Counted from the whole stretch's first letter, positions 1 through 12,257 are shown. The stretch is 61,663 bases of DNA, filler included, from Choristocarpus tenellus KU-1152 (GCA_964200185.2; 14 parts of 14 records of this genome joined end to end with filler, not necessarily neighbours in it), one strand, 5' to 3'. Numbers and translations: made by a program. Notes: generated by a model not told the origin, from the letters alone.

Positions 1-42
1 CCCCAAACGGACGCAGCTCTACCCTCCAAGATACTTTGGGTC
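1..42 (-). mobile_element. MITE family B, terminal fragment
   Basis: ccccaaacggacgcagctctaccctccaagatactttgggtc is the reverse complement of the family B left end (..aaagtatcttagagggtagagccgcgtccatttgggg). Cut by the window start. Confidence 0.8.
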
Positions 43-139
43 TCTTGTTTGAAATTATACAACTGTGTTCTTGGGGGTGGTGATTGAGGACGGCACTACT
101 GTGGAGCTCAATACAGGCTTGCTTGCGCGCACTTACCGT

Positions 140-300
140 TCAAATTGTGCCCTTGTCATAGGCTCTGTAGACGAGCTGGGTCGGCTGGTCGACACAAAAT
201 CGAACTCCAGCACGCCTGGGACTCGGTCAATGAGTCCTTTTTTGAAGAAACCTTCAGTAAGACCCCTTTACACACCAGTACGGTGTGAACATAGATGGAC
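140..300 (-). pseudogene. Possible Ty3/gypsy reverse transcriptase fragment
   Basis: Minus-strand translation AGVRFCVDQ resembles the G.RFCVDY RT motif. Flanked by stops, with no other motif found. Confidence 0.3.
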
Positions 301-1650
301 AAAAAGGCAGGCAGGAGGAGGATGGAAAAGTAGCTGGGTGAGGGTGACGACAAGAGGCTGGGGTGTTATGTGCAGCAGGAGTATGTGGCGTTTGGATCCT
401 AAACGTCGGGCTACCTTACGACTCTGGACAACCTCAGAGTGCCTAAGAGTGCAAGTACATTTGAAGTGTGTGTATTGTTGTAGCATAGCACATTCCCCGC
501 AATTGTACATACCTTCTACTACTCAAATGAAAAATACTACTCAGTAACTGATAAGTTATTTATATGCTTCGAAGAAAAACATTTCTTCAAGTTCTACATA
601 CCCACACACAACAATCCCAATCTTTTGGAGTTATATGTGCCTGATGAACTGCACCGCAGAGCAGCAACACGGTATATGGAGTACATACTCTTTTACATTA
701 TTTGGTGCTGATGAAAAAACTTGTCCGTCCCTCCTCTCTGACACTCATATTTGATCCTTCCTCATGCTCCTCCATTCAGTCCCCTGCAATTCAACAACAT
801 TCCGAAAGTGGACCCAAAGCTCTTTGTGGGCAAAATTCTTGCACCTAGTTAGAGTCTGTTTCCTGTATCGTTCGTTCCTGAAGTTTGACCATTTCCCTTT
901 CTGCGAGGTACCACCAGATGTGGCAGGCCATCCACTAACAGCCCTGCCACCACATAAAAGTAACAAAGCATTCAGCACCACGAAAGAGATGAAGAGAGGA
1001 CAAAAGCACACTTTCCATCTTGGGTTGTATCAGCTCTCCTTCAAACTGTATGTGGTCAAGAAAAGGGAAGAATATTTTACACTAGCTTCAAAAAACGAAT
1101 TCTAGACAAAGAAACCAAAGTCGGGTTCTCTCTGACTGGTCCCCCAGGAATTGCTAAATCACCTCAAGTACTTATTTTCCAAGTTGCTCCACTCTGCGAG
1201 CCTCAGGGCTGCCTCCCGATCCATTTCTTGATCCATATCAAGGCAGTAGTGTCCACACACACACGATATAAATGCTGCAAAGGCATGACCCATCTCAGCC
1301 TTGAGGCCAAGGAAATGGACACAGTAAATTTGGGGCATGATAAGAGGCCAGAGTTGCATTAATGTGTGTTTGGAACTCCAAAGTGATTGTTTTGAGTAGG
1401 TCTCTACCCTCAACACTCTCCTCACAGTACAAGCACCACGAAATATCTGAATCATGGTATGTCTTGAGTTTAGTGTAGACCAGTCAGAGTATATGCTGCC
1501 ATAGAATACAATTTTTTTTCTTTGCAAACATCAAATCTCTTTTGCATTAGGTGTTTCACGGACTGTAATGAAAACTGGTATTGACGTACTTATAAACTAT
1601 GAAAGAAAAAGGAACATTTTGTAGTTTGAAGCGCAATCATTTTCTTTTCG

Positions 1651-2103
1651 GGGCCGTACACCAGACCGGGTAAGTGTGATGGGGCCAGGCTGCAAATTGA
1701 CTCTGACATAACATGACTCTAACATGGTCCAGTCCAGAGCCTGGGAGATATGAATAAGATTTGTCTGCAGGGCGACCTAGGTAAAGTACAGTCAACAGGC
1801 AGGGTCAATGCTTTCAGATATTTAATAGGGTCAACCTTGGTCCAGACCGATTAGTGCTTGGTAAGACCGGTTCACACGTGAATTGGGAAGTGTTCTGTAA
1901 ATTCCAACTTTGAAGCAGTTACACAATGACCGGTCCATCATAAGTGGCTAAGGGACTGCCTAGTGATAAACCCTTTCGCCAGTGGGGGTGGACCTATGTT
2001 TGTATTATCTCTGACAGGGTCAACCAAGGTAAAATGTGCTTGAACTGGTTTCGGCTCCGACCTGGGCTTTGGCCCCCTCAAATGCTTGTTCTGTGTTAGG
2101 CCC
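1651..2103. mobile_element. Degenerate TIR element (GGGCC...GGCCC termini)
   Basis: The left end gggccgtacaccaga..tgatggggcca matches the reverse complement of the right end, gggcctaacacaga..tgagggggcca. Internal motif agggtcaacc(t/a)(t/a)ggt is repeated. No clear TSD. Confidence 0.4.
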
Positions 2104-2650
2104 TGACTTTTTCAAGTATTTATTAATCGTTTTCATTTTCCACTTCACCACCACACGTATCACCCCAAAAATCATCCCAGATTCGAAAAAAACAACTTGA
2201 AAAGAAGTTGAGGGAATAGGTTATGGGGTGCAATCCTGTGACCAACCAGAAGTACCCCACAGCTTTCTCAGTCCTCCTGCATGCTTTGAAGTACTTCGTG
2301 GTGTCCTGCTTTGGCTATGAAGGAGCACAAACTTCCTACTGAAGGCAGCACCATGAATATGGCCCTATGCCGCACCAACTTACAGATCTTGAAAGCAGAA
2401 CAACACTATATTCCTATGTACTGGCCAAGGTTATGACCACACATGGTTATTCCATTGCCGCACTCATCACATTGCACCAACTGCTTCAGAACAGCTTCCA
2501 ATACCTCTTTCCTCCTTCCTAGGCACATTTGATGCACGGGGCAAACAGCTGCCTCATAGGACCACCTCTTGTGCCTAGATCATGTACTACTATAGCACCT
2601 TGCACTTGGACAGTAAGTATTATACTACAAATTCCCCCAGCTCACCGACC

Positions 2651-2950
2651 GACTCAAGTATCTGGGGGGGGGGGGGGGGGGGGCGCCCCTTGGGGGGCCA
2701 TTCTATTTGGCGGCGGTTTTTGGGGTGTTTGTCGTGGCGGGGGGGGGNNNNNNNNNNCCCCCCGCCCCCCGCCGGTGTTGTTTTGGGGGGGGGGGGGGGG
2801 GGGGGGCTGCCCATTTGGGGTCAATTTTCTCATGTCGCGATTTTTGGGTGATTTGCTCGCATACGTCGGATGGATAATGTAAGTGCACTTTTCCTGGTTT
2901 TGGGCCAAATGTACACCCCCCCCCCCACACACCCCCAGATACTTTGGGTC
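2651..2950 (-). mobile_element. MITE family A (interior inflated by a gap artefact)
   Basis: Ends gactcaagtatctggggg ... cccccagatactttgggtc; interior matches 11546-11728 reversed; flanks acc|...|acc. Confidence 0.85.
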
Positions 2951-3931
2951 ACCCCGCCCCCTACCCTAGGATCTATTGCACCCCCATCTTCACATATGAC
3001 GCTGCCAGGCTATACTCTGGCATATATATATATATATATCAATCCCACTGTACCACAACACGGTCCCATTGTGAGCCCACGAAAATTGTTGCACGAACTG
3101 CAATGACAATTAAGTCCAACTTTGGACCTGCTGCTGGTATTCCCTCCCAACTACAACCAGGAACCCATTATCTCAAGTGTCTTTGGATTCAGTCCTCTTG
3201 TGGTGTGTTTGATGTTTATCTAGCATCTGCTGTATCCACTTTTTGGTTGCCTATTCTTCTTAGAGAAAAATAAGTCGTTTGACACTTGTCTAGCCTCTTC
3301 TGTAACCAATGGAGCCAGTCCATGGTGTGGCAAACCCATTGGGAAAAGTTGTGAGCAACAGATTACACATGTATTTTGATGGGTAATGACGACCTGCTAG
3401 TGAAAAAAAAGAGCAACAGCAAGCAATGCTTGAACTTGTTTCTTGACCTACTTGCAGTATCTCCTGCTCCTTCAGATCGAGATTCATCTCAATGAGCAAC
3501 TGAATCGACTCTGTATCTTCAATTTTTGGGATTATCTCCTGTAGAAGCTTCACCATCTGGAAAAGAGTTGCATGCAAGAGGCGTAGGACAGATCATAGAA
3601 ACGTGACTTTTGAGAATACCGTAAAGTTTTGCTGCCAATGAGAAGCTCAACCGCGGAGTATGCTCCGGGCGACAAATGTAGTGAGAGGTACGAATCATGC
3701 TCTTTGTTAGGTGCAGTGTCTATATTTAACCAAGAAAATATGCTGGATCATGATTTTTTGCAGGACTCAGATCATGCAACAGTGCATTAGACAAGACTTT
3801 ATTCCAGTACATATTTTATCATGACATTGGGCAAGTATGACTGCTAGAGGTACAGATAGACGTTGAAGCTTGAGAAGCAATACTTTAAGCACCAATGATA
3901 TTTACCTAATGCTGTCAGTACTGTCGACGTT

Positions 3932-4024
3932 GGGTTAAAGTATCTGGAGGGGGGGGGGGGGTAGTTTGTGAGGGGGCGTCCGTTTCGGTCAAACAGCTCT
4001 TTTTTTCGCTGAAATTTCAAACCC
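3932..4024. mobile_element. MITE family C end (A-like terminus, different interior)
   Basis: gggttaaagtatctggagggggg followed by gcgtccgtttcgg, a variant of the gtccatttgggg box. Truncated by the contig end. Confidence 0.6.
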
Positions 4025-4124
4025 NNNNNNNNNNNNNNNNNNNNNNNNNNNNNNNNNNNNNNNNNNNNTTAATTAATTAANNNNNNNNNNNNNNNNNNNN
4101 NNNNNNNNNNNNNNNNNNNNNNNN
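4025..4124. other. Artificial contig spacer (44 N + TTAATTAATTAA + 44 N); first of 13
   Basis: Identical 100-bp linker with stops in all six frames. The others are at 7259-7358, 10045-10144, 15122-15221, 20111-20210, 28531-28630, 32249-32348, 35704-35803, 38677-38776, 41924-42023, 50296-50395, 53208-53307 and 56431-56530. Confidence 0.99.
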
Positions 4125-4193
4125 CAAAAATTGCGACATGAATAAATTGACCCCAAATGGACAGCCGCCACCCCCTCCCAGATACTTTGAGCC
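4125..4193 (+). mobile_element. MITE family A, right end
   Basis: aaaaattgcgacatg..ccccaaatggacagccgcc..ccagatactttgagcc at the contig start. Confidence 0.9.
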
Positions 4194-4940
4194 TTTTCTA
4201 GTTTTGTACTAGAATTACATTAGGAGGAAATAGGGACGATATACTTCCCAAAGAGTGCACTCTCTGATTTCCCATCTCAATCCAACCTTTATGAACCATA
4301 ATAAAATGTTGTTCACATTTGGTTTGTGGTGCGTATGAATCGTTTTCGATCTATTCATACCTGACCCTTTCTGTTATTCATCCGTTTAGCTACATATATG
4401 CAGCAGACAGCAGGAAACGAAACAAGCGAGGTAGACAAGTCTGTCAACTTTCACACTTTACACCCTTCTCTTACTTGTGCAGTTCATGCCATAACTGACT
4501 ACTACCTGCAATGGATATTGGGCGTGGCCCTATGATCAAAGCAATTAATGCCCCTTCTCACCTAGTGATAGATTATTTAGGATCTTGCACTTGCTCACAT
4601 AAACTTCTCACTCCTCAATCCTGTCTCTCCAACAACTCAAGAGTAAATGTTTAAAGCACTGGATTCACGCACCTGCTAGAAGATGAGATGGTGAAGTATA
4701 ATAGAATCAATGCTGAATGGCACGGACTGAAGATAAGGCACTAGGAGCTGCGATGTATAGATAGCAGTATCCCTCACTTGATTTTTTTTTATGGTTTGAT
4801 TGAGAATAACAGAGTGATATAGAGGGATGGGTCTTACAAGGACCAATAATGAAATTTCAACAGGCTCTCAATACATTGGGTTGTAGTACTTCTGTCAGAA
4901 CCGTGTATGTGGCGGTTTCATAAACTTCATTATGACCCTG

Positions 4941-5128
4941 AACTCTAAACTTATCAGGAGTATATAGTGGATAATAGTACTATGGTGGTCGCCTGAATGC
5001 CTATCTATATGTAACAGGTATCATGTATGCCATAGTGATAATAAACTCTATACCTATCAGGATAATATATTACACGATAGTACCATGATGGGCTCCTGAA
5101 TGTCTATCTATATGTAAGAGGTATCCTG
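4941..5128. repeat. Diverged direct duplication, about 103-bp period
   Basis: aactcta..tatcagga..atagtac..cctgaatg.ctatctatatgtaa.aggtatc begins at both 4941 and 5044. Confidence 0.8.
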
Positions 5129-5689
5129 CGATTCTGCGGCTGTTATATTTTTACTTTGAAGTACATATTTGGCCATTGTGTGAAGTCCAAAGTAGATTCC
5201 CATTTCCTTACTGGTGTATGAGTAGGTTTTATCCAGCTACGAGACCAAGGAAGTGAGTGAACGTAGCTGGACTGAGATGGGGTTGTTCCATGATACCTCC
5301 ACCTGTGCTTTCAACGTACAATATTCCATAATCTCTTCTGGTCTGATCTTCCTTGACCTCTACAAACTGTTACATGCCCACCTACCTCTACATAGCTTAT
5401 CGCATGCCTCATCCAAACAGGATTGGTACCATACTGTTTGACAAACCCTATATCTCACATAAGTATTCAAGTGTAAAATCTTGACAAGTTGGATACGGAT
5501 GGACGGTGGAGAGGCGAGAAGCGCGAGAATCGAGTTGACATGGTCCGCAGAAGAGACAATGGTATTGTTAATATTTACAGTTATCTACTGCTATACTACG
5601 CGAATGTTCGCAAACCAGCAAGACATTATCCTCGGGCTATATAAACGTAGGCCAGTCGCATGTACATGAAGCATACCGCTTGTGTTGCG

Positions 5690-6070
5690 TATCATTTATT
5701 CTATGTAGATCCCTTCCCGCGAGTGATGGTCAAGTCTGCTCCTGTCTGCAGCACGTGAACACTGGTATCTCGCAGATTTGTGACAATTGGCACTCTCCTG
5801 GCAGTTCCTTGCGGCCTCATATACAGTATGTGCCCCCTTGTATCCCTTGGGTAGAGCTGGTGCAACATGTAGTCGAGAGTCTGCATTTGTAATGTATTTA
5901 TTCCTTTGCCTTAATCGTAGTAGGTAGAGATTTAGCACGAGGTCCTGGTAACGGGCACAAGTGAGACATGAGACGTACTGTGAACAGATAGATGGGAGTG
6001 AGGATATGTAAAAGAGACCGCATAGAGCCGGCTAGAGCAGGCGCAGCATGCATCCAATGGCGCACGTTTG
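5690..6070 (-). pseudogene. Decayed LTR-retrotransposon integrase zinc-binding region
   Basis: Minus strand gives HWMHAAP..AG, then after a frameshift QYVSCLTCARYQ, resembling the HHCC integrase motif. Heavily disrupted. Confidence 0.35.
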
Positions 6071-7224
6071 TGGTGTGATGATTACATACATAACGATGAC
6101 GATTCCAATCATGTAATATTCAGTCGTAACCATACACCATTATAGAACTATATTAGATATTTGCATTAAAAATTTGTAGAGGGTCCAAAACCCATCCAAT
6201 GGTCAAAAGGTAGCCAGACAAAGGAGAACTAGAACCAATAAATGAACACAAAAATATCGTTGGAAAGTTTTTCCCACATCGTATGTTCGGGAAGCGGGAG
6301 AATGTTCCCCGCATGATGAATCTTGGTGGTTCGAGGTCCACCCACGCCAGACTCATTTTCATGGAAACCTGGTTTCGATCATCGGCGAGGTCCACGTACT
6401 ATCCAATCTCTCCCTATATCCCAATAGGGTCAAAAGAAGAACGAGGCAGCAAGACATAATTGTGGAGAGCCGATAGTCAGGTCCTTCACAAGAAGATTGA
6501 ATGCCTGGACCCAACATCAATAGAAGTAATATTGAAATTTTGTTACATAGTACAACAGTACAAGGAGGGGTATTCTTGGGACTGCAATCATTGGATTCTT
6601 TGTGGGAAAATGGGGTGAATACAACCATAAAACCCCTTAATTTCCCACAATCCATCCATCACAACACTACTAACAACATCAAGACAAATCTAGATAAAAG
6701 ATCATTGTGTTGTTGGTCCCCATCAACTCTAAAGGGGTCGCAAAATCAGACACAACACAAAATCAGTAAATGAAATAGACAGGGAGGTAGGAAGGTGAAG
6801 GTATCCTCCATGATGTAATTTACTGGGTTTTCAGGGTTGGATGTTTGGGAAATGATGGTTGAGTTTCAGTCGGACAATCTGATCGAGTGAAGGCATACTG
6901 CAATGCCGAAATTGTTTTGTGTTCATCCTCACAACATGGGCTGTTGATGTAGTTTGTTGAACTTGATTATCTTGGTCTGGAGTTGTGGGTTGTACAAAAA
7001 ACTACACCTTTAAAAATTACACTTTCATGTCACCACTTTGAATAATCCTTCAACACTTTGCGTGAACATGTCACATAATGTGTTTTTACTCTGCACATAG
7101 CATATGCATGTTTTGGGCCAAGGTGTTAAGAGTATTACATAAAGTGTTTTTTATATTTTGGATAGGAGTGTTACGAGCACTATATAGTGTTATGGATGCT
7201 TTCGTCTCCATCCAGCCTTATCGA

Positions 7225-7258
7225 GACCCAAAATATCTGCGAGGGGGGGGGGGCTCTA
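7225..7258 (+). mobile_element. MITE family A, left end
   Basis: gacccaaaatatctgcgaggggggggggg.tcta at the contig end. Confidence 0.75.
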
Positions 7259-7358
7259 NNNNNNNNNNNNNNNNNNNNNNNNNNNNNNNNNNNNNNNNNN
7301 NNTTAATTAATTAANNNNNNNNNNNNNNNNNNNNNNNNNNNNNNNNNNNNNNNNNNNN

Positions 7359-7451
7359 GTCAGATGGATAATGTAAATACACCTTTCCTGATTTTTGTCC
7401 AAATGGACACCTTGGTGTAGACCACCCCCCCCCCCCCAAATACTTTGGGTC
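7359..7451 (-). mobile_element. MITE family A, partial
   Basis: ggatggataatgtaaat..ccaaatggacacc.tggtgtagac..ccaaatactttgggtc at the contig start. Confidence 0.85.
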
Positions 7452-7662
7452 TTTAGTTCATATCAATCCAAGCACAACACGGTTTGCTGCTGTTGGTTGA
7501 AATTAAGGGGACTAAGAGAACAGCGGGGGTGGTTTTAGTGGGTGTGAGGAAAGGAGATGCAGTCGCTGTTGGTTGAAACTGTGGGTGGTAAGAGAATAGA
7601 GGAGGTGGTTGTGGTGGGTCTGAGTAAAGGAGATGCAGCAAAGGCCTCTGATTCAATGCAGT

Positions 7663-7919
7663 CAGCCAAAGTAATTGAGAGGTAGGCAAGGTTGCATTTT
7701 TGGTATCCTGAGAAAGGCAAAAATATGTCATTTTTTACAATTGCAGAAAGAGATTTTGCTGAATTGCGGTGTCACTTTGTGTCTGAGAAGGGTGGATACA
7801 AATTTTGTGTAACTATTGCGCACATATAGCCACGTAATAGGGTGTATTGCACGGGTGAGAATGGATGGGCTAGAATGTAAAAGGGTCCGAACTTGCACAC
7901 CTCTCAATTACTTTGGCCC
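7663..7919. mobile_element. MITE family D, copy 1
   Basis: Perfect 19-bp inverted repeat gccaaagtaattgagaggt / acctctcaattactttggc; flanks (c)agt|...|(c)agt. Confidence 0.8.
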
Positions 7920-7995
7920 AGTGTGCACAGGAATGAGGTCATGACAGTCAAGAGGTCAGGTCAAGGGAAAGTGTGCGATAGGATTGAAGAAAAAC

Positions 7996-8243
7996 GAGTT
8001 GAAGCAATTGAGAGGTAGCCAGGGTTCCATTTTAAGGGTCCGGAGAAGAGGTATAATGATCACGTTTTGTACAATTGCAGAAAGAGCCTTTGCCGAAGTG
8101 TGGTATCACATTGGAAAGGGGGAATATCAACTTATGCGTACGCCACATAAAGCAATGAAAACAGAGTGTATTGCATAGGATAAGAGAGATGGCTTGGAAT
8201 GCAAAAGGGTCCAAACCTGCCTACCTCTCAACTGGTTTGGTTC
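7996..8243. mobile_element. MITE family D, copy 2 (diverged)
   Basis: Collinear with 7663-7919 (aattgagaggtag, acaattgcagaaagag, gtgtattgca, aaaagggtcc, acctctcaa). Confidence 0.75.
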
Positions 8244-9297
8244 GATGTCGGGATCATCACGAGGCACCATAAGTGATCGAGATCTAGTGAGGAGTAGTAT
8301 TACAAGGCGTGAAACACATTTCATTTCCCAATCAGGGGATAACATATGCGTGGTGCGTAGCATGGATAATGATTCTCCCCGGGAACTAACTACTCATTTG
8401 AGGATTAATCGATTCCTGCCCCTTCTCTGAGTTATTGCGAGAGTGGAATCACCAGCTTAGGCTGTGTCATGTACAGTTGGGACTCACACTTTCCACTTAC
8501 CTTGTCGAAGTTTATGCGGATGCCCCAGCAGGCGTCTGCCAGCATCGACGCGACAAGCGTCAACGCAGTGGAAAAAACGGCCAAACCTCCTCCCTCCGTC
8601 CTCTTCTGGAGCGCATTCCGACGCCTCCTTCTTCTTCGTCGCCGACGCCGACCATTGTAGGTGGCCATCATGATTGCTGTTCTTCAGGACGGATATTGTT
8701 ATCTTCGGCTATTCTGTCCCATATCCCAAGCATTGTAAGAGAGTTGGAGCGGTGGAGGAGACTTGAGTTTGTATTTTCTTTTGCCATTGTGATACCATGG
8801 CACATGGGAGGGACTGACTCGGGGGATTGACTTGATGTTTCCCGGTTTTTTTCATTTAAGGGGGAGTTTGAGGGACCAAGTACTCGATAGCCGACCTTTA
8901 CCTCATGTGGGTATCTCGTTGTGACGGCCACTACAACGCCTGATTCATACCCGTGGCAAACCCTCACTGAATGGTGAATTTGGTAAACGAGGTTATGGCG
9001 TGTTTGGTTAAACAAAATGTGTCAACGGGAGAAGGGACATACTTAGGGTACATGTGATTGGTCCATTAACATACCCGTTTCACATTTTTGGACTTGTGTT
9101 ATGTTGAGGCATAGATGATAGGATATAATAATAAAAATAGGTTAGATCTTTCTTGTTGAACCAATATTATATTATTTTCAACAATCTAAACACACATCGG
9201 AATGTATGAAATTAAAAATAAAATAACACAAATATATAAAATCGTAGGAGTTAAAAAAATCATGTCGACACTTTATCCCAGTCAATTTTGGGTCAAG

Positions 9298-10044
9298 CCC
9301 ATCCTCAATGAAAAGCTCCATCCTCAATTTTGAAATCGGCTGTTGTTAGGGGATACAACAAACAAATTATCATTAAGGGATTCGAAATATAGGTGGTCAT
9401 TCGTGTGAAATGAGAGTCCCTGTCTCGCTGCACGTGCGCGAGCATGAAATTCCCCCAAGTGTTGAGGGACCCGGCCGGAGGGGAAATTTGAGGGACACAC
9501 CTGTGTTTGGTTGCCATCTTTGTTTGGCAGGAAGTCCAGCATGATGGGAAATACATAATCACTTCTGGTGTCGGGGATATAATAAGATGGCCTTGATCTG
9601 AAGTCAAGACCAAAGTGCAGCCTTCCTCCTTCACATAGTTCCACGTTTTCATGAGTAGAGAGAGAGGTTAAGCCCTCCACAAAAAAACTCAAATGCTCGG
9701 ACAGATAGTAGAGCTCTTCTTGCACACCACACACAATAGGTTCTGTAGCATCTTCCCACATCCCTATTTTCAGACATGTGACCCCACCCTTCACTTGCGG
9801 GTAGTGATGCCCCATTCATTGCCTGATGCATATTGTCTCACCACTCACCACTCACCACTTATCCTTCAACATATTTTGAACGCCCCCAGTTGGATGCTGG
9901 GTGTTGGGTCCTGTGTGTACTATAGGTACTGTCAGGGCAATGATGGTGGCCACTGACTACATGGATACCTCCAACCGCCACCTATCACCCCTGAACAACA
10001 GCCGATTTCAAAAATTGAGGATGGAGCTTTTCATTGAGGATGGG
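9298..10044. mobile_element. About 750-bp non-autonomous DNA transposon with 50-bp TIRs
   Basis: 9298-9347 cccatcctcaatgaaaagctccatcctcaattttgaaatcggctgttgtt is the reverse complement of 9994-10044, apart from one extra A. The right end coincides with the contig end. Confidence 0.85.
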
Positions 10045-10262
10045 NNNNNNNNNNNNNNNNNNNNNNNNNNNNNNNNNNNNNNNNNNNNTTAATTAATTAA
10101 NNNNNNNNNNNNNNNNNNNNNNNNNNNNNNNNNNNNNNNNNNNNAAAAAATACTTAACCTCTTCCAAGAAATAAAATAAAAACTGCAGAAGTAAAAACAA
10201 AACCCCTCCCCCCCCTTCCCCCCCCCCAAAAAAAAACAAACAAAAAAAACACACACTCATGC

Positions 10263-10388
10263 CTGGAAAACGTCGATGAACGTCTTCCCAATAATCTTCC
10301 GCTTGTCCTCTGGATCAGTGCACCCAGAAAGCAGCGAAAGGAAGCGGTCCTTTGCGTCCACGCAGTGAAGGTTGATGCCCAGTTTTTC
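10263..10388 (-). CDS. GMPS: GMP synthase (glutamine-hydrolysing), internal exon 3 of 3 seen
   Basis: ttcag|[42 protein letters not shown]|gcatga; 126 nt; conserved DPE.KRKIIG..FI motif. Confidence 0.93.
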
Positions 10389-10553
10389 CTGAAAGTAAAA
10401 AAAAAAGAGTCAAAACAACAACAGCAGTGCTGGTAAAAACGCAAACGCATCGACAAACCCCCTGTAACCCCTAACCCTAACCCTCTACGCCAACATGCAC
10501 TGCACAGCAGCAGGGCCAATTGACGAGCTCCGCACTCAAACTAAGAAAAAACC

Positions 10554-10815
10554 AAACATCGACGACGAAGAGCGGGCATGTTATGCGCATTGCCCGAAAC
10601 CATTTCATACTAATCTGTTCAAAACTAAAGTATGCAATACCAATACCAATACCAATAAACCCTAACCCTAACCCTAACAAACCGAAAAAAGGTCATTCCA
10701 TACGTAAATTATTATTTTTTTGAACATCGACGATAAAGAGCGGGCATGTTCAGCGCGTTGCCCCCACTAGTTCACACTAACCCTAACCCTCTGTTCATAA
10801 CCAAGAAGTATGCAC
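10554..10815. repeat. Two diverged ~85-bp direct repeats interspersed with (CCCTAA)n
   Basis: aacatcgacga..aagagcgggcatgtt..gcgc.ttgccc..actaa..tctgttca..aagtatgca near 10554 and 10723. Confidence 0.85.
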
Positions 10816-11545
10816 TACTGAGCCTGCGTTCTACAGGCTTGTGTGAGTCCATTGCCTTGTTCATCCAAGCACATGCGGCATTCAAGAGTAAGAGTAGTGA
10901 TTAAATGCAGCGCTTACAAAGGAAAGACACAGAAAGGAGCGATCAAGATCAAGAAGTGCAACCGTATACAATGAAAAGAAAACGCCTTTTCAAATATGAA
11001 AATAATTAGATGCAAGGAACCGAACAACTCCCCCCCCCACCCCCGCCCCCCGAAAAAAGAACCAAACAAATTGCAAGCAAAAAGATTTGGAGAAAGAAAG
11101 CTCAAGTACCTATCACAATCATACATTAAAAAAAAAATCAATTTCCTCTATCTATACTACTAAAGTATAAACACTAAAGAACCATATTATTTTCTCTCTA
11201 GTTCACCAGTTTAATGCAGGTAGAAGGACTTTAGTGGGAGTAGGAAAAGGCTGGCGAGAACCCCGTATATCGAGCAGGTCAGGTGACCTTAGTTCACAGG
11301 CACAAAACTTCATTCCAGGAAAAACTCATCCCTCGTGGAACAAATTGAGGCGACAAATAGACCACACAAGCTACCCAGGTAACTCAGGATTGCCATAATG
11401 ATGGCTAAATCATCATGCTACCCTAAGAAATATACTTAAAAAAACATTTTTTTAAATACCAACCCAAATCTCTCTTAAGCGTAATTCATAGCATCTCAAT
11501 AAGAATCGTGACATTCTCAGTACCACACCCTGTAACCCTAACCCT

Positions 11546-11728
11546 GGCTCAAAGTATCTGGGGGAGGGGGGGAGTCTACACCAGGGTATCCATTTGGGCC
11601 CTGACCAGCAGAAGTGCATTTACATTATCCATCCGACGCATGCAACCAAATCAGATAAAAATTGCGACATGAAAAACTGGGCTCCAAATGGACAGCCGCC
11701 ATCCCCCCTCCCCCAGATACTTTGAGCC
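11546..11728 (+). mobile_element. MITE family A, full copy in a GMP synthase intron
   Basis: TIR ggctcaaagtatctggggga / tcccccagatactttgagcc; flanks cct|...|cct. Confidence 0.93.
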
Positions 11729-12170
11729 CCTACGATACATCTATCACATTTTCTGACAAAAAAACAATTCAAAACACGAAACCACTAAGATGACCCTGGA
11801 GCGAACCGAACCTTTTTTCCGACCACAGGTTTGTTTACATCAGATAAAGCAAAAAAACAACAAAAAAAATCAAAAGATCAATAATAGAGCACAAAATACC
11901 AGCAGGTCAATTGACTACCTCGCCCCCCCCCCCCCCCCCCCCCCCCACCCCGCCCCGCACCCCTCAAAAAAACACCCCCCCCCACCAAAAAANNNNNNNN
12001 NNAAAAAAAAAAAAAAAAAAAAAAAAACCCCAAAACCCCCCCAGGGCAATTGGCCCCCCCCCCCCCCCCCCCCCCCCACGCTCAAGGAGGAGGGCACTAC
12101 TCACAACATCGCTCATGCACAGCAGTAGTTCATACTATCGGAGCGTTGGCGCGGAAGGGGACGGACCGAC

Positions 12171-12257
12171 CTTCAATCTCTCCACCACCTCTACGGCTTC
12201 GTTCTTCCGGAGGCACCCGTTATCAACTAGCACAGCATGAAACCTATCCCCAATTGC
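12171..12257 (-). CDS. GMPS: GMP synthase, internal exon 2 of 3 seen
   Basis: acag|[29 protein letters not shown]|gtcggt; 87 nt; in phase with both neighbours. Confidence 0.93.

Noticed and set aside
2660-2810. Poly-G/poly-C rich Pro/Gly ORFs around 10-N gaps (also 11920-12080 and 52650-52800)
   Set aside because: Homopolymer-blurred duplicates of adjacent sequence, typical of read failure after poly-G; assembly artefact.
3290-3577. TSSSIACCCSFFSLAGR resembling a hAT dimerisation motif
   Set aside because: The key ER residues are absent and no other hAT motif was found.
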